Shown here one piece after another: positions 11,885 through 22,573 of a DNA stretch of 32,000 nt. Below the pieces are notes generated by a model. The model worked only from the letters and a program-made list of their open reading frames with translations. It was not told where the DNA came from and ran no database searches. Every line of letters begins with the position of its first letter. Position 1 is the first letter of the stretch. This stretch comes from Candidatus Photodesmus blepharonis (lineage in GTDB: Bacteria; Pseudomonadota; Gammaproteobacteria; Enterobacterales; Vibrionaceae). Location: assembly GCF_000731795.2 (NCBI RefSeq), contig NZ_JGVK01000009.1, positions 12,499-44,498 of the forward strand, given 5' to 3'. Made by a program: the position numbers and the translations under genes.

Positions 11885-11933
11885 GATCTTATTCGCTGGA
11901 TCGTATTTCAATTACTGGTGATCTTAACTATCA
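11885..11933. promoter_or_regulatory. GATC triplet in dnaA promoter region
   Basis: GATC occurs at 11885, 11899 and 11930, three sites in 49 bp right after the DnaA box. This resembles the GATC-rich, sequestration-sensitive E. coli dnaA promoter region. Confidence 0.55.
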
Positions 11934-11984
11934 ACAGGTAAAATCAATTATATTTTTTCATTATGAATTACAAGCGAGGTTGCC

Positions 11985-13379
11985 GTGTCATCTTCTCTTT
12001 GGTTGCAGTGTTTGCAGGAGCTTCAAGACGAGTTACCAACAACAGAATTTAGTATGTGGGTTCGTCCGTTACAAGCGGAGCTTAATGATAACACACTGAC
12101 TTTATTTGCACCTAATCGCTTTGTACTTGATTGGGTACGTGATAAGTATATTGATAGTATCAATCGTTTATTGCAAAAATATTGTGGTAATGATGTTCCA
12201 AATCTTCGTTTTGAGGTTGGTAGTCGACCGATGATACTGAAGCTAAGGCCAAGACATACACTGGCAGATGTTGCAGCTATGTCGTCTGCTCCTGCACAGC
12301 TTCAGGCCAGTAGATCTGTACATAAAACTTGGGATAAAAACGAGACTATCATTAATCATCGATCAAATGTAAACCCTAAACACAAGTTCAATAATTTTGT
12401 TGAAGGTAAATCGAACCAGTTAGGTTTAGCAGCAGCACGTCAGGTTTCAGATAATCCAGGTGCAGCATACAATCCGTTATTTTTATATGGAGGTACTGGT
12501 TTAGGTAAAACCCATTTGTTGCATGCAGTGGGTAATGCCATTGTAGATAATGAGCTTAATGCTAAAGTGGTCTATATGCATTCTGAGCGTTTTGTACAAG
12601 ATATGGTAAAAGCTTTACAAAACAATGCGATTGAAGAATTTAAGCGTTACTATCGTAGTGTTGATGCATTACTTATTGATGATATTCAATTTTTTGCTAA
12701 CAAAGAACGTTCGCAGGAGGAATTTTTCCATACGTTTAATGCATTACTTGAGGGAAATCAACAAATTATTTTAACATCTGATCGTTATCCTAAGGAAATC
12801 AACGGTGTTGAAGATCGTTTAAAGTCTCGTTTTGGTTGGGGATTAACGGTTGCGATTGAACCACCGGAGTTGGAAACTCGAGTTGCTATTTTAATGAAGA
12901 AAGCAGAGGATCATGAGGTTACTCTTGCAGATGAGGTTGCCTTTTTTATTGCAAAGAGGTTGCGCTCGAACGTCCGAGAATTGGAAGGCGCGTTAAATCG
13001 TGTTATTGCTAATGCTAATTTTACGGGTCGTTCTATCACAATTGATTTCGTTCGCGAAGCGCTGCGTGATTTGTTAGCTCTGCAAGAAAAATTAGTAACT
13101 GTGGATAATATTCAAAAGACAGTTGCTGAATACTATAAGGTCAAGGTAGCTGATCTTCTTTCTAAACGTCGCTCTCGTTCTGTTGCACGTCCTCGTCAAT
13201 TAGCTATGGCTTTAGCCAAGGATTTGACAAATCACAGTTTACCTGAAATTGGTGATGCATTTGGTGGTCGCGATCATACAACAGTATTACATGCTTGCCG
13301 TAAAATACAGCAGCTTCGTGAAGAAAGCCATGATATAAAGGAGGATTATTCAAATTTGATTCGTACTCTTTCTTCTTAA
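11985..13379 (+). CDS. dnaA: chromosomal replication initiator DnaA
   Basis: 464 aa (E. coli 467) with a GTG start, the AAA+ Walker [12 protein letters not shown], the Walker B LLIDDIQF, and the C-terminal DNA-binding signature [11 protein letters not shown]. Confidence 0.97.
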   Translation: MSSSLWLQCLQELQDELPTTEFSMWVRPLQAELNDNTLTLFAPNRFVLDWVRDKYIDSINRLLQKYCGNDVPNLRFEVGSRPMILKLRPRHTLADVAAMSSAPAQLQASRSVHKTWDKNETIINHRSNVNPKHKFNNFVEGKSNQLGLAAARQVSDNPGAAYNPLFLYGGTGLGKTHLLHAVGNAIVDNELNAKVVYMHSERFVQDMVKALQNNAIEEFKRYYRSVDALLIDDIQFFANKERSQEEFFHTFNALLEGNQQIILTSDRYPKEINGVEDRLKSRFGWGLTVAIEPPELETRVAILMKKAEDHEVTLADEVAFFIAKRLRSNVRELEGALNRVIANANFTGRSITIDFVREALRDLLALQEKLVTVDNIQKTVAEYYKVKVADLLSKRRSRSVARPRQLAMALAKDLTNHSLPEIGDAFGGRDHTTVLHACRKIQQLREESHDIKEDYSNLIRTLSS

Positions 13380-13447
13380 TTTTAAAAAGATTTAGTAAGG
13401 TACAATTTAACAACTAAGCTAAAATAAATTATCCTAAAAAACTAAAT

Positions 13448-14548
13448 ATGAAATTTACTGTTGAACGTAATCAACTAATTAAGCCATTACAACAAGTTTC
13501 TAGCATGCTGAATAGTCGTCCGGCTTTACCTATCCTTGGTAATTTGCTTGTTAAAGTTCAGAATAACATGTTATCAATAACTTCAACTGATCTTGAAATT
13601 GAGATCGTTAGCTCATTGGTGCTAAAGGATTCTTTTGAAGAAGGTAGTACAACTATACCTTCTCGTAAATTTCTAGATATTTGCCGTGGATTATCGCAAA
13701 CTTCAGTTTTAAGTATCATTTTACAAGGTGATCGTTTGAATATTCATTCTGGTCGTAGTAAATTTTCTTTTTCGACGCTGCCAGCTAATGATTTTCCTAA
13801 TATTGAAGCTTGGAAAAGTGAAATTGAGGTATCGCTTACACAAGCTGAACTACGTGGTTTGGTTGAGAAAACTAAATTTTCGATGGCAAATCAAGATGTG
13901 CGCTATTATCTTAACGGCATGCTATTTGAAATTGATGGTAGTGTTTTGCGCACGATTGCAACAGATGGTCATCGAATGGCTGTATCTCAAATACAGCTCA
14001 TGGATAATTTTAAGCGAAAGCAGATTATTGTGCCTCGCAAGGGTGTTCATGAATTGGTTAAATTACTTACTGTTCCTGAAAAGCCAGTGGTATTACAAAT
14101 TGGTAGTTCAAATTTGAGAATTGAAGTTAATGATTTTGTATTTACTTCAAAGTTGATTGATGGTCTCTTTCCTGATTACCGTCGTGTTTTTCCAAAAAAC
14201 ACAAACAAAACGTTAGAAGCATCATGTAATGATTTACATCAAGCTTTTTCTCGTGTAGCAATTTTTTCTAGCGAAAAATTTCGTTGTGTGAGAATCAAAT
14301 TAGTTGACACTGAGATGCGTATCGTTGCTAACAACTCAGATCGAGAAGAAGCCGAAGAGATTTTAGATATCTCATTCAATGGTTATCCTTTAGAGATGGG
14401 GTTTAATGTTAGTTATATGTTGGATATACTTAGTACTTTGCGTTGCGATAAAATACTGATGTTTATTTCTGATGCTAATTCTAGTGTGCTTATCCGAGAT
14501 TTTGAAGATGATAGTACAATGTATGTATTAATGCCAATTCGTTTATAG
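13448..14548 (+). CDS. dnaN: DNA polymerase III beta sliding clamp
   Basis: 366 aa, identical in length to E. coli DnaN. It starts MKFTVERNQLIKPLQQVS and ends MPIRL, within the dnaA-dnaN-recF-gyrB block. Confidence 0.97.
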   Translation: MKFTVERNQLIKPLQQVSSMLNSRPALPILGNLLVKVQNNMLSITSTDLEIEIVSSLVLKDSFEEGSTTIPSRKFLDICRGLSQTSVLSIILQGDRLNIHSGRSKFSFSTLPANDFPNIEAWKSEIEVSLTQAELRGLVEKTKFSMANQDVRYYLNGMLFEIDGSVLRTIATDGHRMAVSQIQLMDNFKRKQIIVPRKGVHELVKLLTVPEKPVVLQIGSSNLRIEVNDFVFTSKLIDGLFPDYRRVFPKNTNKTLEASCNDLHQAFSRVAIFSSEKFRCVRIKLVDTEMRIVANNSDREEAEEILDISFNGYPLEMGFNVSYMLDILSTLRCDKILMFISDANSSVLIRDFEDDSTMYVLMPIRL

Positions 14549-14568
14549 ATTTGTTTTCATATTCTTAA

Positions 14569-18079
<3,511 letters not shown>

Positions 18080-18126
18080 AATTTTCAATTTTTAGTGATT
18101 TTATATTAAGAGTAATGGAACGCTGC

Positions 18127-18156
18127 TTGATATTTTAAAATTTTTTCTGGTATACT
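18127..18156 (+). promoter_or_regulatory. candidate sigma70-type promoter for ibpA (TTGATA-18 nt-TATACT)
   Basis: The hexamers are read directly at 18127-18132 and 18151-18156. The 18 nt spacer is suboptimal, and there is no experimental or comparative support. Confidence 0.3.
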
Positions 18157-18278
18157 CCATCCGGTTTGATGTAGAAATTGTGCGTTTTAGATTCACTTTT
18201 AAGGGTGTTTAAGAGTGCAGTGAGCGTTGAGCCTTTAAACCGGAACAGTTTGTTATTAATTGAAGAGGATAGTATTTT

Positions 18279-18716
18279 ATGCGAAATATAGATTTCTCCC
18301 CTTTATACCGTAATGCAATTGGTTTTGATTGTTTATTTGATATGATGGAAACAAGTAATACCAAAAATTCTCAAGCAGGTTATCCTCCATATAATATTGC
18401 ACAGCAAGATGAAAATAAGTATCGTATAACTATGGCAGTTGCTGGTTTTAGTGAAGAACAGTTGGATATTACACAGAAAGAAAATATGTTAATTGTACGT
18501 GGTGAAAGAAGAACTGAAGAAAGTACGAATTATATTTACCAGGGAATTGCAGAACGTGGATTCGATCGTCAATTTCAGTTGGCTGATTATGTAAAAGTAA
18601 TTGGTGCGACAATGGAGAACGGTTTACTCCATGTGGATTTAGAAAGAAAAATTCCAGAGGCTATGCAGCCACGTAAGATTTCGATTAATAGTGAAAATTT
18701 CATTGAAAAAAGTTAG
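18279..18716 (+). CDS. ibpA: small heat shock protein IbpA (alpha-crystallin family)
   Basis: 145 aa. MRNIDFSPLYRNAIGFD...GYPPYNI...YRITMAVAGF...YIYQGIAERGF.RQFQLA...NGLLHVDLER is collinear with E. coli IbpA. Confidence 0.93.
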   Translation: MRNIDFSPLYRNAIGFDCLFDMMETSNTKNSQAGYPPYNIAQQDENKYRITMAVAGFSEEQLDITQKENMLIVRGERRTEESTNYIYQGIAERGFDRQFQLADYVKVIGATMENGLLHVDLERKIPEAMQPRKISINSENFIEKS

Positions 18717-18842
18717 AATGTAGACGAAAGACGGAGTACTTATGCGTTTTTACACGTAAATTTTAGTAAACTTAATGTTGAGTCACGCTGTTGTTTTTCT
18801 ATTATGTGGTTTTTTCCTATGTGAATTTGTATAATATTTTTA

Positions 18843-20918
18843 TTACTTATCAAGTAGAGAAATATCCGCGACTGTTAGAAATAAGTTACGAAGGTTGCTG
18901 AGCAATGTGAATCGATTCCTTTTCAACATGTCGTTATTCACCATGATCGTTACATCATTTAAAAATGTATTCACTGGCTCGTTTAAATTAGCTACGGTCT
19001 TCAGTGCCTGTTGGTAGTTACCTAACTGAAGCTCAGGCTCTATTGCTTTTTTTGTTGCTGCTACTCGTTCAGCTAAAGTTTTTTCAGCGTCTTCTTCGAG
19101 AAGAGATTGGTCTAGCTCTTCTAGCAAGTCACCATTGAATTTTGCTAGAATGTTGTTCACACGTTTGTTAGCCGTTGCTAAAGATTTAGCTGTCTCTAGT
19201 TTGGAAAAATTAGTCATAGCTTTAATTCGTTGGTCAAAATCAGTTGGTTTAGTTAGATGGCACGCTGATACTGATCGAATGATATTGATGTTAAAGCCGG
19301 AGTTCTTGTACCATACGTGTAAACGATCTAGCATAAATTTAATTACGTCAGTTTCTACATTGTTGTTTGTTATTTTATCCCTTAGTAGCTCTGTAGCTTT
19401 GGCGATAAGTTCAACTAGATCTAAATTGTAGCCATTTTCAATAATAGTCCGTAATACGCCTAAAGATAATCGACGTAATGCAAATGGATCCGAGCCTTGA
19501 GGTTTTTGACCGATGCCGAAGATACCAACAATAGTATCTAGCTTATCTGACATAGCAAGTGCTGAAGAAATTCCAGGACTTGGTATTCGATCTCCTGAAA
19601 AACGAGGCATATATTGTTCATAGAGAGCTAGAGCTACCTGTTTATCTTCAGAATTTTGTCTTGCATAATGCATCCCCATGATGCCTTGAATCTCGGGAAA
19701 CTCAGTTACCATAGATGTAATTAAATCACATTTTGCTAGTAATCCAGCACGCTTGGATTTTGTTATGCTGACACCAATTTTTTGAGCGATGTGAGCAGAC
19801 AATTTTGTGATCCGATTTGTTTTATCCTTAATGCTACCAAGTTGTTTTTGAAAGATGATTTTTTCTAAATAAGGAAGACGATCAATAAGAGTGCGTTTGC
19901 AATCGGTTTTAAAGAAGAACTCAGCATCGGTGAGGCGTGAACGGACTACTTTTTCATTACCTTCAATTACGCGGAGGGGATCTCTAGATTCGATATTAGA
20001 AACAAATATGAAGTGCGGTAGTAGCTTTTTTTCCCCGTTTTTTTTAGAGTAAACAGGGAAGTATTTTTGGTTGGTTTTCATAGTGTAAACTAATGCTTCG
20101 CTAGGCACTTGTAGGAATTTTTCTTCGAATTGTGCTGTCAGCACAACTGGCCATTCAACGAGAGAAGTTACTTCTTCCACTAGTTGATCTTCTAGGTCTG
20201 CAATACCACCAATTTTTGTAGCTGCTTTTTTTGAATCAGAAATAATAATTTTTTTTCGTGCTTCATAATCGGCTATAACTCTTCCACGTTTTTCTAGAAT
20301 TTCTGGATACTCATCTGCGGATTCTATTATAAATTCTTTTTCGCCCATGAAACGGTGCCCGTGGATAATGCGATTAGATTTAATACCAAAAATTTCTCCT
20401 TCAACGATCTCATCGTTAAGAAGCATAATCAAAGTTTTTATTGGACGGATGAACTGAATATTAGAATTTCCCCATCGCATCGACTTTTTTGTTGTTAAGT
20501 TAGCTAGCGCTTTTTTTACTAAGTTAACAATTATCTCTTGAGTAGGTTTTCCTTTTACTTTTTGCTTAAAAAGTAGTCGTTCGCCTTTTTTAGTCATAAG
20601 ACGTTCGGTTTGTTCAAGACTGATACCATGATCTTTGATCCAACCTAAAGCAGCTTTTGTGGCCTTTCCGTGTATATCAAAAGCTACAGAAACTGTTGGT
20701 CCTTGCTTAATTACTATTTTATCTGTTTGAGCTTCAGCTAGGCTAATTACTTTAACTGCAAGACGACGAGGTGTCGCATACCATTTCACACTTTTGTATT
20801 TCAAGTCAGCAGCTTTCATCTCTTTTTCAAAATTTTTTGCCAACGTTTCAGCTAAAAGCCGAAGTGTTGTTGGAGGTAGTTCTTCTGTACCTAATTCAAA
20901 TAGAAAGTTTTTTTTCAT
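18843..20918 (-). CDS. glyS: glycine--tRNA ligase beta subunit
   Basis: 691 aa (E. coli 689) with the N-terminus FLFELGTEELPP. Its ATG overlaps the glyQ stop in TAATG, which indicates translational coupling. Confidence 0.96.
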   Translation of the reverse strand: MKKNFLFELGTEELPPTTLRLLAETLAKNFEKEMKAADLKYKSVKWYATPRRLAVKVISLAEAQTDKIVIKQGPTVSVAFDIHGKATKAALGWIKDHGISLEQTERLMTKKGERLLFKQKVKGKPTQEIIVNLVKKALANLTTKKSMRWGNSNIQFIRPIKTLIMLLNDEIVEGEIFGIKSNRIIHGHRFMGEKEFIIESADEYPEILEKRGRVIADYEARKKIIISDSKKAATKIGGIADLEDQLVEEVTSLVEWPVVLTAQFEEKFLQVPSEALVYTMKTNQKYFPVYSKKNGEKKLLPHFIFVSNIESRDPLRVIEGNEKVVRSRLTDAEFFFKTDCKRTLIDRLPYLEKIIFQKQLGSIKDKTNRITKLSAHIAQKIGVSITKSKRAGLLAKCDLITSMVTEFPEIQGIMGMHYARQNSEDKQVALALYEQYMPRFSGDRIPSPGISSALAMSDKLDTIVGIFGIGQKPQGSDPFALRRLSLGVLRTIIENGYNLDLVELIAKATELLRDKITNNNVETDVIKFMLDRLHVWYKNSGFNINIIRSVSACHLTKPTDFDQRIKAMTNFSKLETAKSLATANKRVNNILAKFNGDLLEELDQSLLEEDAEKTLAERVAATKKAIEPELQLGNYQQALKTVANLNEPVNTFLNDVTIMVNNDMLKRNRFTLLSNLRNLFLTVADISLLDK

Positions 20919-21871
20919 TATTCTTTTAAATCCAATTTTTCTTTTTTACACATTGGGAAACCTAAAGTTTGACGAGACATATAGTATGCTTCTCCAACTG
21001 CTTTAGTTAGATTACGGATGCGAAAAATATAGCGCTTACGTTCAGTTACAGAGATAGCTTTACGCGCATCAAGTAAGTTGAACGTATGTCCTGCCTTCAG
21101 TATACGTTCATATGCTGGAAGAGGAAGCGGATTTTTAAGTTTTAGAAGCTCTTTGCATTCCTTTTCGCATTGCTCAAAAAAAATAAATAAAAAATTAATA
21201 TCCGTATATTCAAAGTTGTAAGCAGAGTGTTCTATCTCATTTTGGCGAAAAATATCACCATAGGTATTTTTTGAACCATCTACTCCTACACTCCATATAA
21301 GATCGTAGACTGAATCTACTTTTTGTATATACATTCCTAATCGTTCCATACCATAAGTGATCTCACCGGTAACTGGTTTACAAGCAAATCCAGCGATTTG
21401 TTGAAAGTAGGTAAATTGTGTTATTTCCATACCGTTGATCCACACTTCCCAGCCTAATCCCCAAGCTCCTAGGGTAGGATTTTCCCAATCATCTTCTACA
21501 AAACGGATATCATGTATAGTTGGATCTATACCAAGAATTTTTAATGAATCTAGATATAATTCCTGGATATTTTCTGGGGAAGGTTTTAAAGCCACTTGAA
21601 ATTGATAATAGTGTTGTAGACGGTTTGGATTCTGGGCATATCGACCATCAGTAGGGCGTCGAGATGCTTGGACGTAGGCTACTGACATTGGTTCAGGACC
21701 AAGTGCGCGCAGACATGTCATCGGATGAGAAGTGCCAGCACCTACTTCCATATCTATAGGTTGAATAATTGCGCAACCATTTTGAGACCAGTAATTCTGC
21801 AAAATTAAGATCATTTCTTGAAAGGTTTTCATATCGTATTTTAATGTGTTTGACTTCAAATAATTTATCAT
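20918..21871 (-). CDS. glyQ: glycine--tRNA ligase alpha subunit
   Basis: It is highly conserved ([64 protein letters not shown]). The start is uncertain: the ORF-track ATG at 21871 gives 317 aa, and an internal ATG at 21832 gives 304 aa (E. coli 303). Neither has a clear SD. Confidence 0.93.
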   Translation of the reverse strand: MINYLKSNTLKYDMKTFQEMILILQNYWSQNGCAIIQPIDMEVGAGTSHPMTCLRALGPEPMSVAYVQASRRPTDGRYAQNPNRLQHYYQFQVALKPSPENIQELYLDSLKILGIDPTIHDIRFVEDDWENPTLGAWGLGWEVWINGMEITQFTYFQQIAGFACKPVTGEITYGMERLGMYIQKVDSVYDLIWSVGVDGSKNTYGDIFRQNEIEHSAYNFEYTDINFLFIFFEQCEKECKELLKLKNPLPLPAYERILKAGHTFNLLDARKAISVTERKRYIFRIRNLTKAVGEAYYMSRQTLGFPMCKKEKLDLKE

Positions 21872-22109
21872 TAATTATTTGGTGAGAATATTTTTAGAGT
21901 ATACCCAGATATGTACAGAAGATGGAAAACAAATTTCCAACATAAGGCCAATAAATTTTTGTTTTAAACATCTAAAACATTCTATAAGTGCTTTGCAAAA
22001 AACATAGTATTTGTGAGGTAAGCTATAATTTTATTTAGTGAATCAGCAAGTGTAAAAATATTTGAGGCTAGAATGACTGTCTGAATTGAGAAGAAAACAT
22101 CAAGCGGAG

Positions 22110-22148
22110 TGCTTTAATAATTTTAACCTATGAATCTGTGTAGGCACT
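22110..22148 (+). promoter_or_regulatory. rRNA operon leader relic with boxA-like antitermination element
   Basis: TGCTTTAATAATTTTAACCTATGAATCTGTGTAGGCACT compared with the E. coli rrn leader as recalled, TGCTCTTTAACAATTTATCAGACAATCTGTGTGGGCACT. The upstream GAGAAGAAAACATCAAGCGGAG also parallels GAGAAAAAGCGAAGCGGCAC. Confidence 0.7.
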
Positions 22149-22295
22149 TGTTGTTTAATCGTAAAAATTTATCAATGAATTAAGTGACTAAATGGCACCT
22201 TTCTCTATTATTGATAAGGGGATCAGCACAGTCAATTCATAATTAGTATGCAATCAGTGTACATTAGGCAACTATATTTATTGATAAAAAACTTT

Positions 22296-22340
22296 AATTG
22301 AAGAGTTTGATCATAGCCCAGAACACAAATGCGTCTCCAG
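22296..22340 (+). pseudogene. 16S rRNA 5'-terminal fragment (remnant)
   Basis: AATTGAAGAGTTTGATCATAGCCCAG matches the universal 16S 5' end AATTGAAGAGTTTGATCATGGCTCAG at 24/26. It is followed by ACACAAATGCGTC, compared with ACACATGCAAGTC about 20 nt further into E. coli 16S. Only about 97 nt separate this from the next RNA relic, so about 1.45 kb of 16S is missing. The 3' boundary is approximate. Confidence 0.8.
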
Positions 22341-22392
22341 GCTTTATACACACTGCTTATTATACCATAGGGGCGGGTTGCAAAAGGAGTAA

Positions 22393-22469
22393 GTTTAACT
22401 TTTGAGAGGACTAGGACATCGCCTTTTCTCGGTGGAAACATGGGTTTGACTCCCCACTGCGGGGTACCA
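22393..22469 (+). pseudogene. tRNA-Glu(UUC) pseudogene, full length but degenerate
   Basis: 77 nt versus 76 nt for E. coli tRNA-Glu. CTAGGACATCGCCTTTTCTCGGTGGAAACATGGGTTTGACTCCCCACTGCGGGGTACCA compares with CCAGGACACCGCCCTTTCACGGCGGTAACAGGGGTTCGAATCCCCTAGGGGACGCCA. The anticodon stem-loop still presents TTC. The acceptor stem is reduced to 4 G.U wobbles, 2 mismatches and 1 G-C, the T-stem keeps only 3 bp, and 2 extra nt precede the acceptor 3' strand. Confidence 0.7.
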
Positions 22470-22471
22470 TT

Positions 22472-22515
22472 AGGTCGTTAGCTCAGTTGGTAGAGCAGTT
22501 GACTTTAATTGGTCG
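22472..22515 (+). pseudogene. tRNA-Lys(UUU) pseudogene, 5' two-thirds only
   Basis: GGTCGTTAGCTCAGTTGGTAGAGCAGTTGACTTT (34 nt) is identical to E. coli tRNA-Lys. A 5-nt deletion then removes part of the anticodon loop and stem (CTTT[TAATC]AATTGGTCG). The sequence diverges after the variable loop, and no T-arm, acceptor 3' strand or CCA is present. Confidence 0.8.
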
Positions 22516-22538
22516 TATTAGACAGTGCATATATTCAA

Positions 22539-22554
22539 TGTTTCACGTGAAACT
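22539..22554. promoter_or_regulatory. parS: parS centromere-like ParB binding site
   Basis: TGTTTCACGTGAAACT matches the chromosomal parS consensus TGTTNCACGTGAAACA at 15/16, with a perfect 14-bp palindrome GTTTCACGTGAAAC. It is intergenic, about 15 kb from oriC, and parAB are encoded in the same window. Confidence 0.8.
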
Positions 22555-22573
22555 TCAAATGAAAAACTAGGAT

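Noticed and set aside
11452-11984. The rpmH-dnaA spacer as an alternative or second replication origin.
   Set aside because: It has only one consensus-fitting DnaA box plus weak 7/9 matches, and no AT-rich 13-mer DUE. The mnmG-mnmE spacer has the complete R1-R4 architecture. This interval is better interpreted as the dnaA and rpmH promoter region.
18126-18163. Sigma32 heat-shock promoter for ibpA (CTTGAT ... CTCCATCC).
   Set aside because: The two elements are about 22 nt apart, whereas known sigma32 promoters have 13-15 nt, and the -10-like element is a poor match to CCCCATNT.
22232-22441. 69-aa minus-strand ORF in the glyQ-aminopeptidase gap.
   Set aside because: It lies antisense over the 16S 5' stub and the tRNA-Glu relic. 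It has no SD or recognisable motif, and its composition is explained by the RNA relics. It is most likely a chance ORF.
22370-22469. Possible miniature tmRNA (ssrA). GGGGCGGGTTGCAAAAGGAG resembles the tmRNA 5' region, and GGGTTTGACTCCCC...ACCA resembles the tmRNA T-arm and 3' end.
   Set aside because: The segment is only about 100 nt, with no tag-peptide reading frame or pseudoknot region. The 5' GGGGCGG does not pair with the 3' end. The 3' 77 nt align end to end with tRNA-Glu, including a TTC anticodon loop, which explains the T-arm and CCA better.
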